The notes beneath the pieces were generated by a model. That model did no database searches and was not told where the DNA came from. It saw only the letters and a program-made list of their open reading frames with translations. The position numbers and the translations under genes are program-made. DNA of 64,000 bases from Parcubacteria group bacterium Licking1014_17 (GTDB lineage: Bacteria; Patescibacteriota; Minisyncoccia; 2-02-FULL-40-12; IGHO2-01-FULL-4-A), in the NCBI GenBank assembly GCA_007376485.1, contig VMGJ01000001.1:113922-177921 (forward strand), given 5' to 3'. The first letter of the stretch is position 1, and each line of letters starts with the position of its first letter. This document shows positions 1-10,186 of the stretch, in pieces.

Positions 1-114
1 GTATGGCTCTCACCCTATGAGGTGACAGTGAGAATAACCCCAGTTTTCTCGTGGGAGGAGCTCTCTCCTTCCATCGAAAAAGTCCTTCTGAAACATTTGG
101 CGACGGCGGCTTAA
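1..114 (+). CDS. 3' end of a small protein, possibly Nfu/NifU N-terminal-like domain (partial)
   Basis: Open frame VWLSPYEVTVRITPVFSWEELSPSIEKVLLKHLATAA* followed by a terminator; the family call is pattern recall only. Confidence 0.5.
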   Translation, partial: VWLSPYEVTVRITPVFSWEELSPSIEKVLLKHLATAA

Positions 115-124
115 TCGCCCCGCG

Positions 125-168
125 CAGAAAGCCCCGAGCTTCCTCTGTCGCGGGGCTTTCTGTTTTTT
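125..168 (+). terminator. Rho-independent terminator
   Basis: CAGAAAGCCCCG...CGGGGCTTTCTG followed by a T run. Confidence 0.85.
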
Positions 169-254
169 ATGTTTACTGATCATGGAATATAAATATCCAC
201 AGCCCAGAGTAAATCACGAAGCAAGGTTTAAAAGCGCGTGTTATAATATGCGTA

Positions 255-1184
255 ATGGTCTCCTGGCTAAAAAGGACTTTTGTCCCGTACAAAGATAATA
301 AATACACACCCCATCTTCTGAAAAAACGGGGTATTATTTCGGTTATTGTAATTATTGTCCTGATTGAAGCGCTGTTTCTTGCTTCGGCTTTCATTATTTA
401 CCCGAACACCAACTTCCTTTCGCTGATTTTGCCGAACGTGCTTGTGGATTTGGTTAATCAATCAAGAAAGACCGTAAATGCCTCAACACTCGCGGTGAAT
501 CCCTTATTGGAGAAAGCCGCCCAGCTCAAAGCTGAAGATATGGTAAAGAAAGGTTATTTCGCCCATGTGAGCCCCGAGGGCACTGACCCATGGTATTGGC
601 TGAAACAAGCCGGCTATCAATATACCGCAGCCGGTGAAAATCTTGCCGTTAATTTTATTGAATCGAAGGAGGTCCATGACGCGTGGATGAACTCGGCGAC
701 ACACAGAGCGAATATAGTGAACGGCAAATACATGGAAATCGGCATTGCTACCGCCAAAGGAATTTATAAAAATCAGGAGGCGTGGTATGTCGTCCAATTT
801 TTCGGACGCCCGGCAAAATATGTCCGCGAAGCAATGCCGATTAATTTATCGGGCAAGAAAACAACCATGGCTCCGGAGACATCGGGACAAATGGCGGTAA
901 TTACAGAGATATTGCTTGGCGCGATAAACCCTTCGGCTAAAAATCAATCGGATTATTTGGGCCATTTGCTGACTTCGCCGAAATCCATATTCGACGGTTT
1001 GCTTGAAGCCGTACTGCTGGCTTGTGGAACGGTCATGGTTATTTCGCTGGCGCATCCGGACAAAAACGGCAGGAAGAAAAGAAAGATAAATATTTGGCGG
1101 GTGTCGGCGATAATGACACTGACGTTAATTGTCATCGTGTTAAATCAATTCGTATTCAGTCTATTAAAAGGAGTAATAAACTAA
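255..1184 (+). CDS. CAP (SCP/Tpx-1) domain membrane protein
   Basis: YFAHVSP, AGENLA, WMNSATHRANI motifs; N- and C-terminal TM segments; TATAAT 7 nt before ATG. Confidence 0.9.
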   Translation: MVSWLKRTFVPYKDNKYTPHLLKKRGIISVIVIIVLIEALFLASAFIIYPNTNFLSLILPNVLVDLVNQSRKTVNASTLAVNPLLEKAAQLKAEDMVKKGYFAHVSPEGTDPWYWLKQAGYQYTAAGENLAVNFIESKEVHDAWMNSATHRANIVNGKYMEIGIATAKGIYKNQEAWYVVQFFGRPAKYVREAMPINLSGKKTTMAPETSGQMAVITEILLGAINPSAKNQSDYLGHLLTSPKSIFDGLLEAVLLACGTVMVISLAHPDKNGRKKRKINIWRVSAIMTLTLIVIVLNQFVFSLLKGVIN

Positions 1185-1193
1185 GCCTATAAA

Positions 1194-2750
1194 TTGGTGG
1201 TATCCATAAGTATAAATAAATTATCTAAGTCTAAGAGTTTTAGAATCTCAAAGCGTTCTTTTTTGATTTTGTCTTTTTTGCTCACGTATATTCTGGTGGT
1301 ACTGGTGCCGTCAAATTTCGCCTTTGGTGATACTGCCGGACCAAATAGCCCCGGTATGAATATAGAGAATTCTTTGGTAGGAACAGTTCATTGGACTAAT
1401 ATGGACGACGATAAAGTATCCGACAATAGGTATACGACCAGTACGGGAAATATGAATAGTGGTGATGCCACTGTTTATCTGGAAGCAACTAATTTTGGCT
1501 TTTCGATTCCAGCCGGTGCAATAATTGAAGGTATTTCAGTAAATGTTGAAAGGAAAGCCAACGATACGAGCTTTTTTGATAACGCGATACGGATTGTAAA
1601 AAATAGAACGATAGGGACGACTGATAAGTCAAGTAGCAACGCATGGCCTATCAGCGACGGTACTATCACTTATGGCGGTACCTCTGATTTATGGGGAGAG
1701 ACCTGGACAGATACAGATATTAATAGCGCGAACTTCGGTTTTGCTATTTCGGTAAAAAAAGTTGGCGGGAGCAACAATAAAAAACCATCTATCGATTGGA
1801 TTAATATTACGGTAACTTACCATATACCAACACCTACTCCGACACCCACACCAACCCCAACCGACACTCCCACACCAACTCCGCCCCCGTCTCCGACACC
1901 AACAAGCACTCCCACACCGACCCCCACGCCCACGCCAACCCCTACACTAACCCCAACCCCTTCTCCGACTCCAACTCCTACGTCCACTTCTACTCCTACT
2001 CCCACGCCGACTGAAACCCCTACCCCTACCCCTCAAGAAAATGCAACCCTAACAATTATAACCAGGGTTAATAACACCCACGGGGGCACTCTTAATTCAT
2101 CCAACATTAAAACCCATGTAAGAACACCGGCAGGATATGTTTATTTACGGCAGAATTGGTTTATAGAATTTTTAATCAAGACCGCGGTTGCCGATATAAA
2201 CAATTCGGGCAGTGATGTTTCCGGTAGCCCCGCCGACGGTTCAGACGCTGGAATTTCATATTCATTGACTCCGGGAAATTATATAGTCGGTGAAGACGGT
2301 CCGCCGAGCGGCTATGAATTTAAGGGTTTCGGGGGCGACTGTGCGCCGGACGGATATATCACCCTTAACTATAACGACAATAAATCATGCACTTTGACTA
2401 ACGGCGATATTAACGGGGCTTTTAACCCAAGCGGTGGGGGTGGAGGCGGTGGTGGTGTCGCCGGAGCAAGCATTGAATTGCCCGAACAGAATCAAGTAAA
2501 CAATCCGGATCAGATTTCGTATTCTGTTCCCAATGCCGGAGAACTATCATCACCCGAGGCTCCAGTAAGTGAAGACGAGATATTGGGAGCCAGCATAACG
2601 CTTCCAGAAACAGGTTCGAATTTAGCACTCGGAGCTTTATACTTATTATTTATTTCTTTGATTATAACGGGGCTTGTGATGATTTTCATGGCGATCAGCG
2701 TAAGGCTGTCTATCAAAAGGAGTTTCAAGAGATATAAATTATACACGTAA
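1194..2750 (+). CDS. Secreted surface protein with Pro/Thr linker and LPETG-TM-basic tail (start uncertain)
   Basis: Signal-like N terminus, PT repeats, C-terminal LPETG followed by a hydrophobic stretch and a K/R tail. Confidence 0.75.
   Translation: MVVSISINKLSKSKSFRISKRSFLILSFLLTYILVVLVPSNFAFGDTAGPNSPGMNIENSLVGTVHWTNMDDDKVSDNRYTTSTGNMNSGDATVYLEATNFGFSIPAGAIIEGISVNVERKANDTSFFDNAIRIVKNRTIGTTDKSSSNAWPISDGTITYGGTSDLWGETWTDTDINSANFGFAISVKKVGGSNNKKPSIDWINITVTYHIPTPTPTPTPTPTDTPTPTPPPSPTPTSTPTPTPTPTPTPTLTPTPSPTPTPTSTSTPTPTPTETPTPTPQENATLTIITRVNNTHGGTLNSSNIKTHVRTPAGYVYLRQNWFIEFLIKTAVADINNSGSDVSGSPADGSDAGISYSLTPGNYIVGEDGPPSGYEFKGFGGDCAPDGYITLNYNDNKSCTLTNGDINGAFNPSGGGGGGGGVAGASIELPEQNQVNNPDQISYSVPNAGELSSPEAPVSEDEILGASITLPETGSNLALGALYLLFISLIITGLVMIFMAISVRLSIKRSFKRYKLYT
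1825..2033 (+). repeat. Low-complexity (Pro-Thr)n coding repeat
   Basis: CCN-ACN codon array within ORF 1194..2750. Confidence 0.9.
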
Positions 2751-2816
2751 TCTTTTGCTTGCTATATTGGCCGCATCTTCTTATAATTTAATTAATAAAC
2801 ATTTAACTTAATTAAT

Positions 2817-3077
2817 ATGGATACAATAAGAAACATATTGCTGGGGGATATGACGCAAATAGCTGGTAATTTTCTGTGGCTCCTTTTGCTGTTGACCGTT
2901 TGGTCGATTTGCTGGAAGGGAGTGGCTCTCTGGAAAGCCGGTCGCGCCGGAAGCAAATGGTGGTTTGTGATTCTTTTGATTGTTAACACAGTCGGCATTC
3001 TGGAAATTCTCTACATTTTTATTTTCAGCAAGATGGGAAAGTCGGGTCAAACGTCTCGCGCGGTCAATCAGATTTAG
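2817..3077 (+). CDS. Small membrane protein, DUF5652-like
   Basis: WKGVALWKAG...WWFVILLIVNTVGILEILYIF pattern. Confidence 0.8.
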   Translation: MDTIRNILLGDMTQIAGNFLWLLLLLTVWSICWKGVALWKAGRAGSKWWFVILLIVNTVGILEILYIFIFSKMGKSGQTSRAVNQI

Positions 3078-3079
3078 AC

Positions 3080-3763
3080 ATGGAATTACAAGGAAAAGTT
3101 GTTGTTATAACCGGTGGTGCCGGAGGGTTGGGTAAGATTACGGCCGAACTCGCCATAAAAGCCGGCGCGCAAGTTATCCTTAGCGATTTTTCTGTTGACC
3201 AATTAAACGAAACAGCCGCTAAAATCGGCGCAACTCCGGTAGCGGCCGACGTGTCGAAAGAGCAGGATATTATTAACCTTGCCAGCGCCGCAGTCGGCAA
3301 GTTCGATAGAATTGACGTTTGGATAAATAACGCCGGTATCTGGATGCCCCATACACCCGCGGAGGAAATGGACCTGAATAAAGTACGGAAAATGTTCGAC
3401 GTCAACATTTTTGGCACAATATACGGTTCAATCTCGGCTATAAAACAAATGAAACACCAAGGCTCGGGCGTGATTGTGAATATTATATCTGCTAGCGCCC
3501 TTGAGGGCAGGCCTCTGTCGTCGGGTTATTGCGCGAGCAAGTTCGCCGTCTCTGGATTTACTAAATCCATAAGAGAAGAATTGAGACAATCCGGCATTAA
3601 GGTAATTGGAATATATCCCGATAAAATGAAGACGGGTTTATTTAATGAAAATAAACCCGCGGATTATGACAGCTATTTATCTCCGGAATATGTGGCAAAC
3701 AGAATAGTCGTTAACCTGCAAAATAAGGTTCAGATGGAGGAACTGGTTGTTAAAAGCGCATAG
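3080..3763 (+). CDS. SDR family oxidoreductase
   Basis: TGGAGGLG, NNAG, YCASK motifs. Confidence 0.95.
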   Translation: MELQGKVVVITGGAGGLGKITAELAIKAGAQVILSDFSVDQLNETAAKIGATPVAADVSKEQDIINLASAAVGKFDRIDVWINNAGIWMPHTPAEEMDLNKVRKMFDVNIFGTIYGSISAIKQMKHQGSGVIVNIISASALEGRPLSSGYCASKFAVSGFTKSIREELRQSGIKVIGIYPDKMKTGLFNENKPADYDSYLSPEYVANRIVVNLQNKVQMEELVVKSA

Positions 3764-3772
3764 GAGCACACT

Positions 3773-4792
3773 ATGGACACAATCAATTATGCCACTAAAT
3801 TCGCGGTAGACACCGTTTATCTGGCTTTTGGCGAGCAGAATGTCCGCACATTCGTGAAATTCTGGTCTGTCGCAATTGAGAAACTGCCGCCGGTTATTAT
3901 TTTTCTTTTTGCCTTGACACTTTTCAGTCATGTTATTTATATGGTATCGCTGAAACTGCCTTTGTATAAATATCCCGGATATATTATCGGCAAAATAGCG
4001 AGATTTTTGCACATCGCCCCGTGGAGAAAACCGTGGGGGATAGTTTACGATTCCGTGACAAAAAAACCTGTAGTCGGAGCACAAGTGGAAATTTTAAATA
4101 AGGACTTTCATATTCTTGAAACGAGAAATACGGATGAGCTGGGGCGCTACGCATTTTTAGTGGGGCAGGAGACGCTGGTTAATGAAGAACTTATATTTAA
4201 AATCAATGTTATCAAAGACGGCTACAAATTTCCGTCTTCAAGAGTGACGTCACACAAAGACACCTATAATATTAAAGATGTTTATTTGGGAGAATTCCTA
4301 ACTCATAATCCGAAATTATTGGTAAATTTCAATATTCCTCTGGACCCGTCGGGTGTTGAGATTAAACCGGAAAAAACATTATTAAGGGGGGTGTCATTAA
4401 AAACCATACAAATATTGCTTCTACTGGGCTCACTGCTTTATATCGTATATTTTCCCTACGATACGAGCATAAAAAATATCATATTCGCCATAATTTTATT
4501 TTGTGTGGGTCTTTATGCTTCAGGGGACAAGAAAGACAACCACCTGTTTTACGGCTTTACGCTTGATAAAAATAGGAGCCCCCTACCCCATACTCTGCTT
4601 ATTTTAAAAAGCGAGTCCGGCATGCAGGCGGGAATTGCCACTTCCGATTCGCAGGGAAGGTTTTTTATGCTGACTAAGCCCGGTAAATACATATTGCACG
4701 CGAAAACTCCCGGAGGCGTCCAGCCGTTCCGCCAAGCAGAACTGACGGTTAAAACAGGCGACGGCTGGATAGCTCCAACGGTCAGTCTGTAA
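3773..4792 (+). CDS. Membrane protein with two carboxypeptidase-regulatory-like domains
   Basis: GIVYDSVTKKPV..TDELGRY and TSDSQGRFF repeats with TM segments. Confidence 0.7.
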   Translation: MDTINYATKFAVDTVYLAFGEQNVRTFVKFWSVAIEKLPPVIIFLFALTLFSHVIYMVSLKLPLYKYPGYIIGKIARFLHIAPWRKPWGIVYDSVTKKPVVGAQVEILNKDFHILETRNTDELGRYAFLVGQETLVNEELIFKINVIKDGYKFPSSRVTSHKDTYNIKDVYLGEFLTHNPKLLVNFNIPLDPSGVEIKPEKTLLRGVSLKTIQILLLLGSLLYIVYFPYDTSIKNIIFAIILFCVGLYASGDKKDNHLFYGFTLDKNRSPLPHTLLILKSESGMQAGIATSDSQGRFFMLTKPGKYILHAKTPGGVQPFRQAELTVKTGDGWIAPTVSL

Positions 4793-4835
4793 AATTTTTG
4801 AAGTTTGAGAATTAGGGTGTTAGAATGAATTATAG

Positions 4836-4982
4836 ATGAAAAAAGTACTTGCCTTACTGGTATTTATTGTCCCTTATCTGTTTTTGAGCATTGTGATGAG
4901 GGGTTTCAGCCCTGCCGGCTTGGGCGTATACCTTTTAGGTGTTTTGTATCTGGCTACAATTATGTTAATGGAGCGCTATTAA
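4836..4982 (+). CDS. Small 48-aa two-TM protein (not in ORF track)
   Basis: MKKVLALLVFIVPYLFLSIVMRGFSPAGLGVYLLGVLYLATIMLMERY*; fills the gap and ends 4 nt before the next ATG. Confidence 0.6.
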   Translation: MKKVLALLVFIVPYLFLSIVMRGFSPAGLGVYLLGVLYLATIMLMERY

Positions 4983-4986
4983 CATC

Positions 4987-5883
4987 ATGCGCAAAATACT
5001 AACTCTTATATTGATGGGCGTTGCGGTTTTTTCCGCCGGCTATTTTTTTGACAAATATGAAAAAAATACCTGCCGGGCGGGGGTGGCCTATTCCATCGGG
5101 AATGTTGACCAAAAATTCAATGTCAGCGAAGAACAGTTGATTGAGGTTGCGTCAAAGTCCGAGAGTATGTGGGAAAAAGCGGTCGGACGCGATATGTTTC
5201 ATTATGACCCGAAAGCCAAGCTGGCTGTAAATTTGATTTTTGACGACCGTCAGCAGTCGGCGATCAATGAGACAAAATCCAGAGAAAAAATCGCCGCCCT
5301 TGAACAATCATATGAAGGATCATTTAAAAAACACGAATCTCTTACTGACCAGTACAAGGAACAGGCAAAATTGTACGACGAGCTTTTATCGGCTTATAAC
5401 GAATCATTGAATTCCTACAATAGCCTGGTAAATTACTGGAACAACAACGGCGGCGCTCCGGACGATATTTACAATGACCTGGAACAGAAGAAGGCGAGCC
5501 TAAGCGGACAATTTGATAATCTTGAAATAAAAAGAAACGATTTAAACAGTTTGGCTGCCCGCGTCAATGACCTTGGCAAACAGCTTGCTAATATTACAAG
5601 CACCCACAATTCGAACGTTGACCATTATAACGTTCAATTCAGCGCGCCGAAAAGATTTGATCAGGGAGATTTTTCCCAAAACACGATTAACATTTATCAA
5701 TTTAGTGATATTAATGATTTGACTTTGGTTATGGCGCACGAGATGGGACACGCTTTTGGGCTTGAACATATTACGAGTTCCGCGTCCGTGATGAACGCGC
5801 TTATGGAAGGGCAGGACAGAAGTAATTTGGCGATCACGGCTGATGATTTGAACGCGGTTAAAATTAAATGCGGATATAAATGA
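4987..5883 (+). CDS. Matrixin-like (M10) zinc metalloprotease with coiled-coil insert
   Basis: HEMGHAFGLEH zinc motif, SVM Met-turn, signal anchor. Confidence 0.9.
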   Translation: MRKILTLILMGVAVFSAGYFFDKYEKNTCRAGVAYSIGNVDQKFNVSEEQLIEVASKSESMWEKAVGRDMFHYDPKAKLAVNLIFDDRQQSAINETKSREKIAALEQSYEGSFKKHESLTDQYKEQAKLYDELLSAYNESLNSYNSLVNYWNNNGGAPDDIYNDLEQKKASLSGQFDNLEIKRNDLNSLAARVNDLGKQLANITSTHNSNVDHYNVQFSAPKRFDQGDFSQNTINIYQFSDINDLTLVMAHEMGHAFGLEHITSSASVMNALMEGQDRSNLAITADDLNAVKIKCGYK

Positions 5884-7616
5884 TAATCATGGACCATAAA
5901 ACGCTAAGGAAGAAATTTCTTGATTTTTTCGAAAAGAGGGGGCATAAAGTCGTACCCTCATCTTCGCTCATTCCAACCGACCCGTCGGTTTTGTTTACTA
6001 CTGCCGGCATGCAGCAGTTTAAACCGTATTACACCGGCGATGCAGACGCGATGAAGGATTTTGGCTCGCTTAATGTCGCGTCAATCCAAAGATGCCTGCG
6101 CACCTCCGATATTGATGAAGTTGGCGACGAGAGCCACCTGACTTTTTTTGAAATGCTCGGCAATTTTTCCTTCGGCGGTTACGGTAAAAAAGAAGCGATT
6201 GAATATGCTTATGAATTTATTAAAGAACTGGGGCTAAAAATTGATTATGTTTCGGTATTCGGCGGAGGGGAAGGGATTCCGGCTGATGAGGAATCGGAAA
6301 AAATCTGGCAGGCAGTTAATCCTTTGCTGGAAATCAAAAAAACCGGCCGGGACGATAATTTCTGGGGACCTACGGGTGACGAAGGACCCTGTGGCCCGAC
6401 AACCGAGATTTTTATTAATGGCGTTGAGATATGGAATATCGTTTTCAACCAGTATTTTCAGGAAAAAGACAAAACCCTGCGGCCAATAAAACTGGGCATT
6501 GATACCGGCATGGGTTTTGAGCGGCTTCTGGCGACCGTCCGGGGCGTAAAAAATATTTTTGAAACGGATTTATTTTTGCCGATTATTGAATTATTACCCG
6601 GGGATTTATCCGAGAAAAACAAAAGGATAATTGCCGACCATTTAAAAGCGGCGACATTTCTGTTGGCAGAAGGGGTAAAGCCTTCAAATAAGGGGTCGGA
6701 ATATGTATTGCGCCGGCTTATACGCAAAGTCGTAGTTTTCGAGCATTTAAATGTAAATTTATTTTCTAAAACCGAATCAGCAATAAGTAAGGTTATGGAA
6801 ATTTATTCAGGAATATATCCGGAACTCAATAATACGGAGATAATTTCTGAATTTAAAGGTGAAAGAGATAAGTTTAATAAAACGTCAATTCAGGGGATTA
6901 AAGAAGCGGAAAAGATAACAAAAGAAGACTTAGAAGATCCTATAAAGTTAGGAAATATAGTTTTTCATATTCATGAATCTTTTGGATTGCCGCCCGATGC
7001 AACCACGGAAATTTTAAGAAATCGGGGGTTTGATAATTTTATCGTTGAAGATTTTAAAAATACTATAGCGGCAAGGCGAGCTGAACACCAGGAAATATCC
7101 CGTGCCGGAGCTGAAAAAAAGTTTGGCGGGCATGGGTTGATTTTGGACACCGACGAACTGAAAGCCGGCAACGAAGAAGAATTGGCAAAAGTTACCCGCC
7201 TGCACACAGCCACGCATTTGCTTTTAGCCGCCCTAAGAGAAGTTTTTGGGCAGGAAATTGAACAAAGGGGGTCGGATATAACCCCGGAAAGATTAAGGTT
7301 TGATTTTAATTTTCCGAGAAAATTATCGTTCGAAGAATTGAAAAGGGCGGAAGATATAGTCGATAGCGCTATCGCGGCAGATATGACGGTTTCTTTTGAG
7401 GAAATGGATTTGGAAGACGCGAAAAAATCCGGCGCCAGGTTTTTACCCGGCGAAAAATATCCAGAGAAAGTAAAAGTTTATTTTATCGGGGCATTATCTA
7501 AAGAACTTTGCGGCGGTCCACACGTTTCAAAGACAAGCGAAATCGGCACGTTTATAATAACCAAGGAGGAAGCCGTATCCGCTGGTATAAGGCGTATTAG
7601 GGCTATAGTTAAATAG
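5880..7616 (+). CDS. alaS: Alanine--tRNA ligase (short form, no C-Ala domain)
   Basis: FTTAGMQQFK, HLTFFEMLGNFSFG, IDTGMGFER, HTATH, ELCGGPHV. Confidence 0.97.
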   Translation: MIIMDHKTLRKKFLDFFEKRGHKVVPSSSLIPTDPSVLFTTAGMQQFKPYYTGDADAMKDFGSLNVASIQRCLRTSDIDEVGDESHLTFFEMLGNFSFGGYGKKEAIEYAYEFIKELGLKIDYVSVFGGGEGIPADEESEKIWQAVNPLLEIKKTGRDDNFWGPTGDEGPCGPTTEIFINGVEIWNIVFNQYFQEKDKTLRPIKLGIDTGMGFERLLATVRGVKNIFETDLFLPIIELLPGDLSEKNKRIIADHLKAATFLLAEGVKPSNKGSEYVLRRLIRKVVVFEHLNVNLFSKTESAISKVMEIYSGIYPELNNTEIISEFKGERDKFNKTSIQGIKEAEKITKEDLEDPIKLGNIVFHIHESFGLPPDATTEILRNRGFDNFIVEDFKNTIAARRAEHQEISRAGAEKKFGGHGLILDTDELKAGNEEELAKVTRLHTATHLLLAALREVFGQEIEQRGSDITPERLRFDFNFPRKLSFEELKRAEDIVDSAIAADMTVSFEEMDLEDAKKSGARFLPGEKYPEKVKVYFIGALSKELCGGPHVSKTSEIGTFIITKEEAVSAGIRRIRAIVK

Positions 7617-7704
7617 AACCAAAAAATAAGCGGGCATAATTAGTAGCGGGCATATAACAGCGGTTTGTGGATATATTTGCCGGTTCGTATGATATAATCT
7701 TTAC

Positions 7705-9582
7705 ATGGCTGTAACAAGAATTATTAATGTCCAGCGCAGTGATTCATTCGAGGACGTTTTCGGCGTCTTTAAGAATATTGAGGCGCAGGAAGTTATTTTT
7801 ATATTTCCAAAAGGATCCAAATTGTCGAAAAAGCAGGATTATTTTAACAAGATAAAAGGCGAGGCGGATGAAAGGAATATCAAAGTCAGTGTAATGACCA
7901 GCGACCCCATTATTACGCTGCTTGCGTCGGCACAGGGGCTGGAAATACTGGAAACCCCGTTATTCAGAAAAGCGCAAGGGGAAGCGACCTTGGCATCCGC
8001 GGCGGTAACTGATGATGTCGCTATTGATAACGAAAAAGAAGAAGACGCCGAAGGGGAAACTATTAAAAAGGACGAGACAGAAGAGAATATAGATGATGAT
8101 AAAACTGCAGATAAAAGTATTGAAGAAAATATTGGGAATGACGAGGAAGAAAAAGAAATTAAAGATGATGAGCAAGCTATAGGCAAAGAAACGGATACTG
8201 ACGACAATCCGCTTGGCGAAGCCACGGATTACGAAGAAAATGAACTCGTGCCCGAAGCCGTGCTGGCGGCACAAGGAAAAGGCAAGCCGGGGCACGAGCC
8301 CAAATTTGCCGACGTTATAACATCAGGAATCAAAAAAAGAATATCCGCCACGGAGAAAACAAAAGCCAATATTATGCGAATGTGGGCGGCAAACGATAAT
8401 AACAGACACCACGCGGTAAGTCATCTGAAAAATAGAAGCGGCTCCGGGCACAGTTGGAAAAAAATATTCGGGTACTCGTTTGGCGGGGTAATTGTTATTA
8501 TGGCAATCCTATTTTTTGTCGTTAAGGGCAATGCCGAGGTCACAATTAAGCCCCAGAAACATGACGTTAATTTCAATTTACGTGTTGCGGCTTCAACAAA
8601 TGTGACAGCTGTGGACGCCGAAAGCGGCAAAATACCGGGACAATTGTTTGATGCTAAAGTCCAGGAATCGGGAAAATATAAAGCGTCGGGCAGCAAGGAT
8701 GTAGCCCAGAAAGCCTACGGTAAAATTGTAATTTATAATGAGTTGACCGAACCACAGCGTTTAGTGGCGACCACGAGATTCGAATCGGATAAAGGGCTGA
8801 TTTTCAGAATACCCCAGTCGATAAACGTGCCGGCAGCCACCAGAGTCAGCTCCGGCGTGGTGCCCGGAAAAATTGAATCTATCGTCTACGCGGACAGAGC
8901 CGGTGCTGATTACAATATCGCGGCGGGCAGATTTACGGTACCGGGATTTAAAGGCACGCCGAAATATGATAAGTTTTACGGGATTTCGGACAAACCGATG
9001 TCCGGCGGCATAATCGGACCCTCAAGCATCGTTTTGGAAATGGATTATATTAACGCCCAGAATGAACTTACAAAAAAAGTGCGCGATTCTTCTTTGGCCG
9101 CCCTAAAAGACCAAACCGGAGATCTCAAGGTGCTGGATTCATTCAAAATAGCTTTGGGCGAGCCCAATGCCAACGCGAAAGCCGGCGAAGCCGCGAGCGA
9201 GTTGCAGATGACCATCAGCGCCAATGCCAAAACAATTGCCTTCCGTGAAACGGACATCAATGCACTGATAAACCACTATATGGATAATAACAGCGATTAT
9301 GAATTACTGCAGAAAGGGCTGGATATCCAATATAGCAGTGCATCTTTCAGCAGCGATGATAAAGAGTTAAGTTTTATTGTCTACGTCAAGGGGCAAGCCG
9401 TGTCCAAGATTGATAAAGATAAAATTGCCAAAGATATTGCCGGTTTAAACGAGAGCGATTTGAAGGTTTATATCAAAAAAGTGGAAGAAATCGAATCAGC
9501 CAAAATAGTCCTTTCTCCATTTTGGATAAGAAAATTGCCTAAGGATATCTCGCGAATCAAGGTGATTATTGATACCGAATAA
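7705..9582 (+). CDS. CPR-type single-pass membrane protein, acidic linker, baseplate-J-like extracellular part
   Basis: Acidic region, TM at about aa 255-275, GKIVIYN..QRLVATTRF..FR pattern; TATAAT 6 nt before ATG. Confidence 0.65.
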   Translation: MAVTRIINVQRSDSFEDVFGVFKNIEAQEVIFIFPKGSKLSKKQDYFNKIKGEADERNIKVSVMTSDPIITLLASAQGLEILETPLFRKAQGEATLASAAVTDDVAIDNEKEEDAEGETIKKDETEENIDDDKTADKSIEENIGNDEEEKEIKDDEQAIGKETDTDDNPLGEATDYEENELVPEAVLAAQGKGKPGHEPKFADVITSGIKKRISATEKTKANIMRMWAANDNNRHHAVSHLKNRSGSGHSWKKIFGYSFGGVIVIMAILFFVVKGNAEVTIKPQKHDVNFNLRVAASTNVTAVDAESGKIPGQLFDAKVQESGKYKASGSKDVAQKAYGKIVIYNELTEPQRLVATTRFESDKGLIFRIPQSINVPAATRVSSGVVPGKIESIVYADRAGADYNIAAGRFTVPGFKGTPKYDKFYGISDKPMSGGIIGPSSIVLEMDYINAQNELTKKVRDSSLAALKDQTGDLKVLDSFKIALGEPNANAKAGEAASELQMTISANAKTIAFRETDINALINHYMDNNSDYELLQKGLDIQYSSASFSSDDKELSFIVYVKGQAVSKIDKDKIAKDIAGLNESDLKVYIKKVEEIESAKIVLSPFWIRKLPKDISRIKVIIDTE

Positions 9583-9606
9583 TAAGGATGGTCTTGTTAG
9601 AATCTC

Positions 9607-9639
9607 CCGTATTACCGTTGTTTTTAAACGGTAATACGG
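9607..9639. terminator. Hairpin, probable terminator
   Basis: CCGTATTACCGTT...AACGGTAATACGG inverted repeat after the stop. Confidence 0.6.
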
Positions 9640-9644
9640 CTAAA

Positions 9645-9673
9645 TTGACACCAAGGTTTTAATTTGTTAGGAT
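9645..9673 (+). promoter_or_regulatory. Sigma70 promoter of the infA/alpha cluster
   Basis: TTGACA-17-TAGGAT. Confidence 0.65.
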
Positions 9674-9740
9674 CGGTAAGTTGCCGAAATTAGTATAATT
9701 TAGCTGTCATTGGGCAGAAGCGGTTTTTGATTAACGAAAT

Positions 9741-9950
9741 TTGAGCAGTGAAAAAATAAAAAAAGAGGGTATGGTTATTGAGGCTCTGCCGGATACCAGA
9801 TTTAAGGTCAAACTAAACGACCAATGCGAGGTTTTGGCTTATCTTTCCGGCAAAATGAGGCTGAACTATATTAAAGTTATCGTCGGAGATTCGGTCACGG
9901 TTGAGCTAGGTCCCGACGGAAGCAACGGTAGAATTATTTACAGAAAATAA
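9741..9950 (+). CDS. infA: Translation initiation factor IF-1 (TTG start)
   Basis: EALPDTRFKV, LAYLSGKMRLNYI, GRIIYR. Confidence 0.96.
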   Translation: MSSEKIKKEGMVIEALPDTRFKVKLNDQCEVLAYLSGKMRLNYIKVIVGDSVTVELGPDGSNGRIIYRK

Positions 9951-9954
9951 TGAA

Positions 9955-10069
9955 TCCCGTACGAAGTAGCCCTTACGGGACTGTAAATGATGGACATTAT
10001 TAATTTAGAAAGTATTAATCAGTAGACATAGCTCAGACTTAAGTCATGCTATAGCTACTTCGTTCGGGA
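9955..10069. mobile_element. Start-codon-inserted inverted-repeat element, short subtype (115 bp), at rpmJ
   Basis: TIR TCCCGTACGAAGTAGC/GCTACTTCGTTCGGGA flanked by TGAA on both sides; homologous to 33085..33199. Confidence 0.85.
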
Positions 10070-10182
10070 TGAAAGTCAGAGCATCGGTTAAAAAAATTTG
10101 TAATAAGTGTAAAATCGTCCGCCGGAAGGGCGTAGTTTTTTGCATTTGCGGCAATCCGAAGCATAAGCAAAGGCAAGGTTAA
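10069..10182 (+). CDS. rpmJ: 50S ribosomal protein L36 (not in ORF track)
   Basis: [37 protein letters not shown]. Confidence 0.98.
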   Translation: MKVRASVKKICNKCKIVRRKGVVFCICGNPKHKQRQG

Positions 10183-10186
10183 TAAT

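Noticed and set aside
5880-7616. Short AlaS as a pseudogene
   Set aside because: Aminoacylation and editing motifs are intact; forms lacking C-Ala are known in reduced genomes.
7705-9582. Prophage suggested by the baseplate-J-like pattern
   Set aside because: Membrane-anchored gene among housekeeping genes with no other phage functions.
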